Below, in pieces: positions 1-8,138 of a DNA stretch of 20,000 nucleotides (within the stretch, counting starts at the first letter, position 1; each line of letters opens with the position of its first letter). A program made the position numbers and the translations under genes. The stretch lies in the IMG/VR virus record IMGVR_UViG_3300036846_001441. One strand, 5' to 3'. Origin of the DNA: an uncultured virus (IMG/VR IMGVR_UViG_3300036846_001441) (taxonomy: Duplodnaviria > Heunggongvirae > Uroviricota > Caudoviricetes). Below the pieces are notes generated by a model. That model made no database searches and had not been told where the DNA came from. It was given only the letters and a program-made list of their open reading frames with translations.

Positions 1-1355
1 TAATTCAACCTCTTCATCTCTGCCGTATTGGCCTCGACGGTCTTGACGTAGTCTTCTCCCTGCTTCAGATTACTATCTTCAACCCTGCGCTCCTCTCGCG
101 TGGGGTCGAACCACCTCCTGTCCTCGATGTTCTCCGACATCACGTTTCCCCACTTCTCTTCCCAACCCTTGGGCAGGGTTATCTGACCGCCGGCACCCTC
201 AGCCTGATCGGAGAGCAGGCGGAATGGTGCCCCAGGGGGAACGACCCTTGGAGGAAGCCGAGGCGCCCACGCTGGAGGCCTCTGCGTCGTTGGAGGAGGC
301 GGAGGAGGCAGGGGAGGCTGAGGCTGAGGCGCGGGCTGCTGCGGCCTCAACCCAGGAGGAGGCGGAGGCAATTGCCCTGGCTCGCACGTGCAGACATGCT
401 CCTTGATCTGCTTTACCGCGGTGTCTTCCTCTGTCTCCCAGAATGAATGAAGCCAGTGAATCGCGTCCTTGATCGCTCTCAGGCCGCGCATGATTATGCC
501 GTCGTCCTTAAGCTCACTGACCTTCAGGTCATCCATCAGGTCATCCCACTCCTTGGAGATGTCTGAGAGGACCTTGTAGTATCCGGCTGTGGCCTTGGAT
601 ATCTTGTCCAGTCTCGCCCTCTCCGCGTCGGAGACCTTCTCGACTGTCTTCAATGACCTGAGCGCTGGATCAAGCTGCCATAGCTTCATGAAGTCATTCG
701 CAGCCTTGGTCGCATCAGCAATGTTGCCATGAGTCTCGCGAAGCCTGTTGTCGTACACATTCTGAGCCTGAATGAGCACCTCATTCAACTTCTCGGCCAC
801 GGTGGTCTGAGCCTCGATGCGCTCGATGCCCTTCTCCATCAACTCGCCCCAAGCTCCCGCGGCCTGAATCATCTCTTCTCGCTTGGTGCCGCCTATCTTG
901 CTCACCTCCGCAATGGCATCAGAGAAACCACCCATGCTCCTCTCGACCACGCCGGCGTCTATGCCGAGGCGCTTGTACTGATCGACGATGCTCTTGAGCT
1001 CCGCTGGGTCCATGCCGATGACCTTGGCCTTATTGGTCAGGTCAACCATCCTGTCGGCGAACTCCCTCAATATCCCAAGCTCCACGGCCACAGTCGCGGC
1101 AAAGCCACCCACGGCGGCTCCAGCCACACCAAGCTTCTTCACGAAGCCCATCAGGGCCTCACTGCTGCCAGAGGCGAGGCGAGCCACCTCCTTGATCTGC
1201 TTGGCGAACTCAGAGTGCTCGGAGCGAAGGCGATTGAGAGCGACATTGCCTATCGCGCTCAGCTGCTTGATCTCATCGCGGAGCTTCGCCACGCCCTGAG
1301 AGGCCTCGTCCTGAAGGACGACGCGAAGCTGGAGTTCCTGAACCTCTGCGGCCAT
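1..1355 (-). CDS. Tail tape measure protein, N-terminal part (runs off the left edge of the window)
   Basis: Not in the ORF track because it has no stop in the window. Manual translation from the ATG at 1355 (TAATG overlap with the upstream stop) is open to base 1: MAAEVQELQLRVVLQDEASQGVAKLRDEIKQL... It is helical and Ala/Glu/Lys-rich with a GVAGAAVGGFAATVAV stretch, and lies directly after tube and chaperone genes. Confidence 0.8.
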   Translation of the reverse strand, partial: MAAEVQELQLRVVLQDEASQGVAKLRDEIKQLSAIGNVALNRLRSEHSEFAKQIKEVARLASGSSEALMGFVKKLGVAGAAVGGFAATVAVELGILREFADRMVDLTNKAKVIGMDPAELKSIVDQYKRLGIDAGVVERSMGGFSDAIAEVSKIGGTKREEMIQAAGAWGELMEKGIERIEAQTTVAEKLNEVLIQAQNVYDNRLRETHGNIADATKAANDFMKLWQLDPALRSLKTVEKVSDAERARLDKISKATAGYYKVLSDISKEWDDLMDDLKVSELKDDGIIMRGLRAIKDAIHWLHSFWETEEDTAVKQIKEHVCTCEPGQLPPPPPGLRPQQPAPQPQPPLPPPPPPTTQRPPAWAPRLPPRVVPPGAPFRLLSDQAEGAGGQITLPKGWEEKWGNVMSENIEDRRWFDPTREERRVEDSNLKQGEDYVKTVEANTAEMKRLN

Positions 1356-1546
1356 TAGTCCCCGGACTCCACTGCACGCGACCTCTCAAGCTCCGCCGTC
1401 CTGCTCAAGTGAAGCTGAACCTCACTAATGGGCATATCGAGGAATATCCTTGGATCGAGGTGATAATAGCTGGCCAATCTGTAGCAATCGAGGATCATGC
1501 CGTCGTCGATGTAGGTGACTACCACCCCCGCAGATCGGGTAAAAAA
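1355..1546 (-). CDS. -1 frameshift extension of the tail assembly chaperone (lambda gpGT / P2 gpE+E'-like)
   Basis: The -1 frame after the T8 run reads FTRSAGVVVTYIDDGMILDCYRLASYYHLDPRIFLDMPISEV...ESGD*. It ends at a TAA overlapping the tape measure ATG and has no convincing start of its own. Confidence 0.75.
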   Translation of the reverse strand, partial: FFTRSAGVVVTYIDDGMILDCYRLASYYHLDPRIFLDMPISEVQLHLSRTAELERSRAVESGD

Positions 1547-2007
1547 AATTTTCTCAGGCGAAGGGCACAACTATTCCAATCGCGAGGGTCCATGTCATCG
1601 AGCAAGACTGGAAGGACGCCGGAGAGCGCACCCATGATGTAGGTCATCTTGCGCTCCTCGATGAGGATCTCGCCGTCCCACAGCATGCGGATTGGATTGC
1701 CGATCTTGTTGATCTCAGAGGCGCGAGGCTCTCGAAAGACCAGCTTGTTAACCATCTCACCCTTGTCATTCCTGATCGACTTGTACAAGAGGTCGATGGT
1801 TATCGGCCACTGCTCGTGCCTATCGGCTATCTCTCTCCTGACTCGCTCGAGCTCTGTGAGGGCCGGCTCTGGGACTGGAGCCTCAACTGTCTTGACAGAC
1901 GGCAGAGGAGGCAGTGGTGGCGCAGTTGACGACCCAGGTGGCTCAGGCCTAGGCTCAGGTATAAAGCCTTCCCTGATCGTACCACCGTTACCCTTGTTCG
2001 GTTCCAT
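1519..2007 (-). CDS. Tail assembly chaperone (Mu gp41-like)
   Basis: Lies between tube and tape measure. Carries the motifs LVFREPRASEI and LSGVLPVLLDDMDPRDWN, with a Pro-rich N-terminal extension. SD GAGG lies upstream. Confidence 0.8.
   Translation of the reverse strand: MEPNKGNGGTIREGFIPEPRPEPPGSSTAPPLPPLPSVKTVEAPVPEPALTELERVRREIADRHEQWPITIDLLYKSIRNDKGEMVNKLVFREPRASEINKIGNPIRMLWDGEILIEERKMTYIMGALSGVLPVLLDDMDPRDWNSCALRLRKFFLPDLRGW
1540..1552 (-). promoter_or_regulatory. Programmed -1 ribosomal frameshift slippery site
   Basis: The mRNA reads AGA AAA UUU UUU UUA, which contains the X XXY YYZ heptamer U UUU UUA in the chaperone frame a few codons before its UAG. Confidence 0.75.
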
Positions 2008-2014
2008 CTCGACC

Positions 2015-2383
2015 TCACCTCAGTGAAATTTCCTGGCAGGCCAGGCCCTCCCAGCGAACCCTCACCTGACCATCCCTCGTGTTGTTCTCGAACGCGGCCT
2101 TGCAGGTCCCTCCGGTCAGGGTGTACTGCATCCCATTGGCCAGCTGCGCGATCACTGTCACATTGGTATCTGCCTCGAGATCATCGAGCAGCAGGCCAGG
2201 CACGGTGGACAGGTCGCCCTCTATGTACGGCACTCGCGGCAATTCCTGGTAGCCGTGAATGCCGTCTTGCCCGGCAATCATAGTGCGCTCCACTGCGCTC
2301 GGGCTCACGGTAAAGTTTCCACGGAGGGCCAGCTGATTGCCATCCACGGTAAGGAACGCAATGCCAGCAAAGCGCTGCGCCAT
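2015..2383 (-). CDS. Tail tube protein (Mu gpM-like)
   Basis: 122 aa with AGIAFLTVDG, GQDGIHGYQELPRVPYIEGDL, LANG and DGQVRVRWEG motifs. It follows the sheath and has an AGGAG-type SD. Confidence 0.9.
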   Translation of the reverse strand: MAQRFAGIAFLTVDGNQLALRGNFTVSPSAVERTMIAGQDGIHGYQELPRVPYIEGDLSTVPGLLLDDLEADTNVTVIAQLANGMQYTLTGGTCKAAFENNTRDGQVRVRWEGLACQEISLR

Positions 2384-2415
2384 CTTCCTCTCCTCTCTTG
2401 CTTGTTAGGTTAATT

Positions 2416-2526
2416 TTCCTATCATCCTAGGAAGGCCAGGGAGAGGCCTTCCCCCAGGTTGGCTAGGGTAGAGCCCCCGGCCCGCAAAGGCCCCTAGGAG
2501 GCCCTCCCTTGCAGCCCCTGGGGCAT
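2416..2526 (-). promoter_or_regulatory. Structured intergenic element between sheath and tube, with inverted repeats and a 10-codon mini-ORF
   Basis: Inverted repeats: GGAAGGCC 2430-2437 / GGCCTTCC 2445-2452; TTCCTA 2416-2421 / TAGGAA 2428-2433; CCCCAGG 2452-2458 / CCTGGGG 2517-2523. Mini-ORF MPQGLQGRAS* at 2526-2494 follows an AAGGAGG. Confidence 0.45.
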
Positions 2527-2534
2527 TTCCCTCC

Positions 2535-4121
2535 TTATGGAGCCCCAGAGGAGGCCTGGAAGGGAGGAGGAGCCGGACCAATGATCGACGTGTCCACGCC
2601 CCTGTCGTACTGGAGGCGGAACTGGTTCAGCACCGCGAAGACGCGCAGCTGGTTGATCAGGTCTGGCGGGTAGAGGACGTTGACGCGATTAGGATCGTTC
2701 GAGTCGCGCTCCACAATCAGGTTCTGCTTGAACGCAGTCAGGTTCTCAACGAGACCGTTCCACATGTCGAACTGATACTGGTTGACGAGCTCCGCCTTGA
2801 TGATGCCAGGAGTGACAATGGCCTGACCCGGACCGAACCTGGTTCCGTCGTCGGCCAGCTTAGAGCGTGGAAACTTGCTCGTTATGGCCTGCTTCTGATT
2901 CCTCATGAGCTTGGCCAACGTGGCCAGCGACGTCACGAGCTCATAGGCATCATCGCTCGCCCCGTACAGGTTGAGCTGATACGTAGTCTGCTCCCGCAGG
3001 ACCATCGGCTGACCATCGCTCCCCATCTCCTGAATGGCCAGGCCGTTGGAGGCGAGACTGTTCAGCTCAGCAAAGTCGAACTGATCCTGCAAGAGACAAT
3101 GCTTAATATTGTTGAGGCTCAACGACTGAAGCGGCCTCGCCGGATCATTGATCAAGGCTCGCTGTGCCTTCCCTGTGTAGGCAGCAGCCACCTCAAACAT
3201 CGGAGAGGCGGTGGATATCTCAAACGCCATGACGGACTCGACGCCGCTGTTGAGCGCGTCGCCGAATGTCAGCAGCGTATTGTAGGCCCCACGTATCGCG
3301 CTGAAGACGTGACCAAACTGCTGACGCTGCCAGCCCCATCGCCCCGTGTCGGTGAAGCCATACTCCTGATCCCAGGCGGCCAGAGAGGAGCTATCCGTCC
3401 ACGGCATCGCGACATACTCGAAGTCCATCTTCTGGATGTTCGCAATCGCCGTGGTCATGACCGGCACGCCGACTCCGCCAGTGAGCAACCCAGTGGGTGG
3501 AAGGGCAATGACCAATCCCACCGGCGTGTACTCAGAGCCGAGCGAGCCATAGTAGTTCAGCATGACGGTGATCTCATTCCCACTGACACCCTTAAAGTGA
3601 GAGGTCAGGGTCACCGTGCCAGTGGCCGCCACGGCGGTCACGGGAAGGGCCACATTGCCTATCGTGTCGGCGTACGTGTTGATGGCGCTCGCTATCGCCG
3701 AGGCTATCGTGGTGGCCGTGTCAGTCGAGGCCACGTTGACAGGAACATGACTGCCAGCAATGTAGAGGTGGATCGTTCCGGCGGCCGTCGGAGGGGTCGT
3801 GATGGTAATCGTCCCAGTGGCAGCAGTGCCAGCCGTCGGCTCTGCCAAGGGGAGGGCCCACACCTCATTGGCAAAGTTGTTGGAAAAGTACGCCTGAAAC
3901 ATTCGAGACAGCATACTGCCGGCACCGAAGTGCTTGTCGGCCTGAGCCTGGCTCCCGATCGGCATCGCCACATCGTGCACGGCGTCGCCGGTCGAGAGCA
4001 TGGTCCCGACCAACAGGGCCTTGAGATTCACGGTGGAAAGGCCAGCCATGCTTGGGTCGACTTCGACCCAATAGAGGGGCACCTTTATGTTACTGGGAAT
4101 ATTAGCAAAACTGATGGGCAT
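2535..4121 (-). CDS. Contractile tail sheath protein (Mu gpL-like)
   Basis: N-terminus ISFANIPSNIKVPLYWVEVD; internal FGAGSMLSRM and DPARPLQSL; C-terminus VERDSNDPNRVNVLYPPDLINQLRVFAVLNQFRLQY. SD AAGGAGG at 4137-4131. Confidence 0.95.
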   Translation of the reverse strand: MPISFANIPSNIKVPLYWVEVDPSMAGLSTVNLKALLVGTMLSTGDAVHDVAMPIGSQAQADKHFGAGSMLSRMFQAYFSNNFANEVWALPLAEPTAGTAATGTITITTPPTAAGTIHLYIAGSHVPVNVASTDTATTIASAIASAINTYADTIGNVALPVTAVAATGTVTLTSHFKGVSGNEITVMLNYYGSLGSEYTPVGLVIALPPTGLLTGGVGVPVMTTAIANIQKMDFEYVAMPWTDSSSLAAWDQEYGFTDTGRWGWQRQQFGHVFSAIRGAYNTLLTFGDALNSGVESVMAFEISTASPMFEVAAAYTGKAQRALINDPARPLQSLSLNNIKHCLLQDQFDFAELNSLASNGLAIQEMGSDGQPMVLREQTTYQLNLYGASDDAYELVTSLATLAKLMRNQKQAITSKFPRSKLADDGTRFGPGQAIVTPGIIKAELVNQYQFDMWNGLVENLTAFKQNLIVERDSNDPNRVNVLYPPDLINQLRVFAVLNQFRLQYDRGVDTSIIGPAPPPFQASSGAP

Positions 4122-4154
4122 CGGATGCTACCTCCTTAAAAGGTCCATGTCCAT

Positions 4155-4205
4155 TGGACTTTTCGCGCTTTCCATGGTAGTTTAACTTTCCCTACTGTAT
4201 GGAGG
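4155..4205 (+). promoter_or_regulatory. Putative sigma70-like promoter and RBS of the homing endonuclease
   Basis: TGGACT (4155-4160), 17 nt spacer, TAGTTT (4178-4183) preceded by a TG extended -10 at 4175-4176. SD GGAGG at 4201-4205 precedes the ATG at 4212. Confidence 0.4.
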
Positions 4206-4211
4206 TCTACC

Positions 4212-4760
4212 ATGAAGCACCCTTGCTGGTTCGTCTACTGGCTCTACAGCGACCATGGGACGAACCCACGACTACACGGCTACGTCGGCGTCACTTGCTC
4301 TCTATTCCGCCGCATCTGGCACCACCACAATCGAGGTCTACCGGCCTTCAAAGTCAAGATCCTCCTTCGAGGAACACAAGACCAGTGCCTCGAGCTCGAA
4401 AAGCGTCTACGACCTACGCAAGACATCGGCTGGAACACGCGCGCCGGAGGTCCAACATACCAGGGCAATGGCAAGAGCCAGATCATCGACATCAGCGACA
4501 CTAGAGAGCGCGGCGCCAACAAACCAAAATCCGCAGAGACCAGAGCCAAGATGAGAGCATCAGCACTCGCTCGCTACGCCGATCCAGCTGAGCGATCCAA
4601 GACACAGAAAGCTGTGAAGAAAGCATTCGAGAACATCGACCGCTCTGGTAAAAATAACTCTCGTTTCGGCAAGCACTGCTCAGAAGAAACCAAGCAACGC
4701 ATGCGCGACACGATTGCCAAGCGTCGGCTCATCACTCCTGCTTCTGCTCGCTCAACCTGA
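4212..4760 (+). CDS. Free-standing GIY-YIG homing endonuclease with NUMOD3 DNA-binding motifs
   Basis: FVYWL...GYVGVT..LFRRIWHH...LELEKRL...GWN matches the GIY-YIG core. KSAETRAKMRAS and GKNNSRFGKHCSEETKQRMRD are NUMOD3-like. It has a good SD and is the only credible plus-strand gene. Confidence 0.85.
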   Translation: MKHPCWFVYWLYSDHGTNPRLHGYVGVTCSLFRRIWHHHNRGLPAFKVKILLRGTQDQCLELEKRLRPTQDIGWNTRAGGPTYQGNGKSQIIDISDTRERGANKPKSAETRAKMRASALARYADPAERSKTQKAVKKAFENIDRSGKNNSRFGKHCSEETKQRMRDTIAKRRLITPASARST

Positions 4761-4995
4761 TCGAGCCCTCCCTCAGCCTCCTGAAGGTGAAGGTGTCATC
4801 GGGCCACTCGATGTCGCCCTCGGCGCGAAAGCCCCCGGCTCGAGGATGCTTGAGGAGCCGCCTCATGTCATCGTCGACTGGCTCCACGCGAACCCCCTTG
4901 ATCTGGCCCTGTCCGGTTGCCCCAGTCACCATCCTATCGGCGCGGGCCTGCCTTCTCTGACCAGGCAGCATCACTTCCGTTCTAACATTGACCAT
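4732..4995 (-). CDS. DUF2635 / Mu gp38-like small tail protein
   Basis: KHPRAGGFRAEGDIEWPDDTFTFRRLREGSI resembles the small pre-sheath protein of Mu-like tails. SD AAGGAG upstream. Confidence 0.65.
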   Translation of the reverse strand: MVNVRTEVMLPGQRRQARADRMVTGATGQGQIKGVRVEPVDDDMRRLLKHPRAGGFRAEGDIEWPDDTFTFRRLREGSIRLSEQKQE

Positions 4996-4999
4996 GACC

Positions 5000-6697
5000 C
5001 TAACTCCTTCTTGCCTCTCGCAGCACGTCGAACATGTACTTGATGGAGACCTGTTGACGCTGATCCATCTCAGCCTGAGTGTCCCCGGCCTTGATGCCGG
5101 TCGTTACATCAATCTCATCCAGGGTATCGGTGATATCTGGGTACCACTCGCTGCGATAGAAGCAGCTCACCTCGTATTGAAGCTCTCCGAACGGCGTCTC
5201 ATTGTTCAATCCAGCACTTCCGAACGTGTGGCGCCTCATCCCCCTAGGCAGGCTCTCAATGCCAACGCCATATGGATTGTCATTGACCAGCACATTCATC
5301 AGCTTTGGATCGGTCCACAGTAGACTCATGATCCTCTGATAGGTCGCATCAAGCTCGAGCTCCAACTCATCAAAGTCATTATTCTCCAAGATGGCAGAGA
5401 GACCAATGCGAGACGAGTGACTGAACCTGATGCACCCGGCATTGGCGTCTCCATCCGGAGTCATCTGCTCTTCGACGATGTAGACGCCAAGATATGGCAA
5501 GAGGTCTGGCTGAACCGGATTCATCTTCATCTTGCGAAGTGTAAAATCAGAAAAATATGGATCGGCCACGATCACGTTGAATATTGCGTCGCGAGCATTC
5601 AGGGTGTAGCTGCTCTGAGAGACTGAGATGACTGTGCCACTGACCACATCATCTGCAGAGGCTGCCTCCACCGACGAGACCGGATAAGACTCTGCCCATA
5701 GAGAGGAGTCAACCGCAGAGGCTGCCTCTATTGTGGTGGCGGCATAAAGCACCACACCAGTGATTGCGCCGGCACCAATTCCAGATTCAATCAGTGCAGA
5801 AGAAGATTTCGAAGAGACACCAAGTGCGTCTGACGCGACCGCATTCTCGACGACATCAGAGACGCCGGCATTAATTATCGATCCAGTTACCGCATCCGCA
5901 CTAAATCCCGACTCCGTCATCACTCCAGTGGCATGTAAGGCAACGCTGGACGCATCTGACACCGACGCGCTTTCGCTGATACCTGGTGCCCAGACATTGT
6001 TGACCGAACCCAACGCATCGGTTGCGGCGCCAGCTTCGTTAACCGCATCGTTGTATGTGTTCCCTACTCCAGTGCCAAAGTCAGATGTCGTGATTACCGC
6101 AGCAGGTTCAATATAAAACTCAATGTCAGCACTAGTGGAGGTGGATGTGGTGTTAATCGACCATTCGCATTGGACGTAAAGATATTCATTGTTGAACGCG
6201 ATTGGCGAACTTGGTGTGAAGGTAACGTCTGATTCACCAGAAGCTGTGATTGATACTGCGCCGCTGTCTGTTCCGGTTAGGACAGAGGTCGTAAGCTCGG
6301 TAAATGTACCGGCGGCAGCGTTGTTCGAAGTTGACTTCCAAATCCGGCAGCAGACGCTCCCGGTTTGACCTCCCGACGCCAGGGCAGCACGAAGACGGAA
6401 TGCAAGTGTCCATGGAGTCGCCGCAAACGTACCGGTGTAAGGATTTTCCGAACGCCACGAAGAAGAGGTGGTCAGATTAGGAGGCGTTAATGAATCAGCC
6501 GCAGTAAAACTAGCATTACCACGCCTCGAATTGATCTGCATCAGTGACGAATTAGGAGATGAAGATTTAGAAACAACCCATCCCGTTGATGTTATACCAG
6601 CAGATGGTGCACCTCCACCATCTTGCAGAGATAAGGAAGAGTTAACTAAGACATTCTTGAGATAGAAAGTTATTGCAGCCATTGACGGCTTCTTCAC
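5000..6697 (-). CDS. Fusion of a Ser/Thr-rich beta domain, about seven 20-aa repeats and a C-terminal tail-terminator-like domain
   Basis: The C-terminal ~200 aa (ARDAIFNVI...QPDLLPYLGVYIVEEQMTPDGD...) has the pattern and position of a tail terminator. The N-terminal part is lower in GC. Start is GTG 6697 or ATG 6682. Confidence 0.6.
   Translation of the reverse strand: MKKPSMAAITFYLKNVLVNSSLSLQDGGGAPSAGITSTGWVVSKSSSPNSSLMQINSRRGNASFTAADSLTPPNLTTSSSWRSENPYTGTFAATPWTLAFRLRAALASGGQTGSVCCRIWKSTSNNAAAGTFTELTTSVLTGTDSGAVSITASGESDVTFTPSSPIAFNNEYLYVQCEWSINTTSTSTSADIEFYIEPAAVITTSDFGTGVGNTYNDAVNEAGAATDALGSVNNVWAPGISESASVSDASSVALHATGVMTESGFSADAVTGSIINAGVSDVVENAVASDALGVSSKSSSALIESGIGAGAITGVVLYAATTIEAASAVDSSLWAESYPVSSVEAASADDVVSGTVISVSQSSYTLNARDAIFNVIVADPYFSDFTLRKMKMNPVQPDLLPYLGVYIVEEQMTPDGDANAGCIRFSHSSRIGLSAILENNDFDELELELDATYQRIMSLLWTDPKLMNVLVNDNPYGVGIESLPRGMRRHTFGSAGLNNETPFGELQYEVSCFYRSEWYPDITDTLDEIDVTTGIKAGDTQAEMDQRQQVSIKYMFDVLREARRS
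5630..6052 (-). repeat. About seven degenerate 20-23 aa repeats of pattern E-x-(A/G)-x-(A/S)-x-D
   Basis: EAGAATDALG, ESASVSDASS, ESGFSADAVT, ENAVASDALG, ESGIGAGAIT, EAASAVDSSL, EAASADDVVS. Confidence 0.75.
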
Positions 6698-7281
6698 ATT
6701 GAAGCAGTGTAAGACACGTTCAGCGTGTCACCATTACCAACAACCTTGTCGCCCTGAGCAAAGGTTCCAGCACTGTAAAGCACGCCCGCCGTACTGTCGA
6801 TGGTCGACACAGCACCAGAGCCAAAGACGATGAACGCCCCCTTGAACGTACCGGCCCCAGTTACGGCAAATGAGAGGGCCGCAGAGAGAGCCTTTGCCCC
6901 TCCGCTCGAGGCCGCCCATACACAGGTCTTGCGAGGCGCACTATAGGTCGGGACATTGGCCCCACCGGCCTCAGTCCACCCGGCATGCGACGTCATCGTG
7001 TCACCGGCAACTGGCCCAGCTCCATATCCAACCGATGAGATCAATCCCATAAATGGACCAACGACGGTGTAGGCCGCACCCGCCAGATATGTGTCGAGGG
7101 CGAGGTTCTTACCCACCGTGCAGACGACGTTGTCTATCTCGTCGCACCACTTGACACGACCATCTGGACCACAACACTCAAACATGAATTTTCCAACAGC
7201 CTCAGTGCCCTCATCCAGAGAGCCTCCACGAATAACTTCGGCGTCAATTGCGTGTCGTGCCTCAGCCTTTTCGACGGTCAT
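6694..7281 (-). CDS. Putative virion structural (fibre/appendage-associated) protein
   Basis: Gly/Ala/Thr-rich, predicted beta protein (NVVCTVGKNLALD...AGDTMTSHAGWTE...GDTLNVSYTAS), tightly coupled to its neighbours in the neck module. Confidence 0.6.
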   Translation of the reverse strand: MTVEKAEARHAIDAEVIRGGSLDEGTEAVGKFMFECCGPDGRVKWCDEIDNVVCTVGKNLALDTYLAGAAYTVVGPFMGLISSVGYGAGPVAGDTMTSHAGWTEAGGANVPTYSAPRKTCVWAASSGGAKALSAALSFAVTGAGTFKGAFIVFGSGAVSTIDSTAGVLYSAGTFAQGDKVVGNGDTLNVSYTASM

Positions 7282-7282
7282 G

Positions 7283-7630
7283 TCACGTGATCCTCTTCAG
7301 CTCCAGCGTAGTCTCTCCGCCACCGTTGTGGAAGACGTTGGTTATTTGAAAGTCGCCAAGGGTTGGCAGGCCAGAGATAGGTTCAGAGGGAATGTTAATC
7401 TGATCGCCCTGAACGGGAAGCACGGAGAACTCGCTGGCCCTGATGTCCAGGATGGTCTGCTGATCGGTGAGGATGCTGCCATCCTCAAGAATCATGTTGA
7501 GCATCCGACTGTCATAGATGCCCCGTCCAGTTCCACTGAAGGAATTACCGAGCATAGAGGTGAAGGTCACCGGCCTGCCAAACGTGTCCTGACAGGGCCC
7601 ATAGACCTCATCCGACATGTTTATTGCCAT
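7283..7630 (-). CDS. Head-tail joining / head closure protein (lambda FII-like)
   Basis: 115 aa with FGRPVTF, RGIYD, LPVQGDQINI and GGGETTLELK motifs, located in the neck module. Confidence 0.7.
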   Translation of the reverse strand: MAINMSDEVYGPCQDTFGRPVTFTSMLGNSFSGTGRGIYDSRMLNMILEDGSILTDQQTILDIRASEFSVLPVQGDQINIPSEPISGLPTLGDFQITNVFHNGGGETTLELKRIT

Positions 7631-7977
7631 GACAACCTCTCCACCATCAATTTTGTCATCCGCTCATTCAGCTTATCAACGAGCTGAGGCCTCAAGATCG
7701 GGCGAGCGCTCTTCGGCCGCTTCACGCCTCCTCCCCCAACGACCCTTCTGACTACGCTCCTTTTCTTCTTCTTCTTCGCGGCCAATCGCGTCGTGGGCCA
7801 CACGCTGGTCTGCACCACATTGTCTCTCATCGTAGTGTTTGGATAGCGACGGCGCATGTCCTCAGTCTGCCACGCCGTCATCTCCTCTCTCATGTGAAAC
7901 TCAAACAGGACGAGCTCCTTGCTCATCGCATCGAGCTTTATATCTATGGCAATGGCATCGACGACTATTGCCAGCAT
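7621..7977 (-). CDS. Basic neck/tail-completion protein (possibly HK97 gp10-like)
   Basis: Lys/Arg-rich, with a C-terminal ARPILRP resembling the PFLRP motif of this class. It overlaps the next gene. Confidence 0.5.
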   Translation of the reverse strand: MLAIVVDAIAIDIKLDAMSKELVLFEFHMREEMTAWQTEDMRRRYPNTTMRDNVVQTSVWPTTRLAAKKKKKRSVVRRVVGGGGVKRPKSARPILRPQLVDKLNERMTKLMVERLSWQ

Positions 7978-8138
7978 CGCAGTACCAGGTATGGAGCAAC
8001 TCTCTTGACCATCCGTGAAGGAACTAGCATGACCACGCGCTTGGAGCGAGCCACCCTGGCGGCGCCATCCAGGGCGTCCCGCTTGATCTTAATGACTCTT
8101 GCCGCTCGCAAGAGGTCCATGGCCAATTTCGTCTTCAC
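7965..8138 (-). CDS. Small basic hypothetical protein (57 aa)
   Basis: A GTG at 8138 overlaps the capsid-2 stop (GTGA). The ORF fills the gap and overlaps the next start. No recognisable motif. Confidence 0.35.
   Translation of the reverse strand: MKTKLAMDLLRAARVIKIKRDALDGAARVARSKRVVMLVPSRMVKRVAPYLVLRCWQ

Noticed and set aside
199..406. Ala/Glu- and Ala/Ser-rich short ORFs 224..406 (+) and 199..387 (-)
   Set aside because: Alternative-frame readings of the Pro-rich tract within the continuous tape measure frame.
1547..1570. Independent start for the 71-aa ORF 1355..1570
   Set aside because: Non-ATG start inside the chaperone gene with no SD; better explained as a frameshift extension.
4122..4760. 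Group I intron hosting the endonuclease
   Set aside because: Flanking genes are intact, the ORF is antisense to the operon, and there is no room for a ribozyme core.
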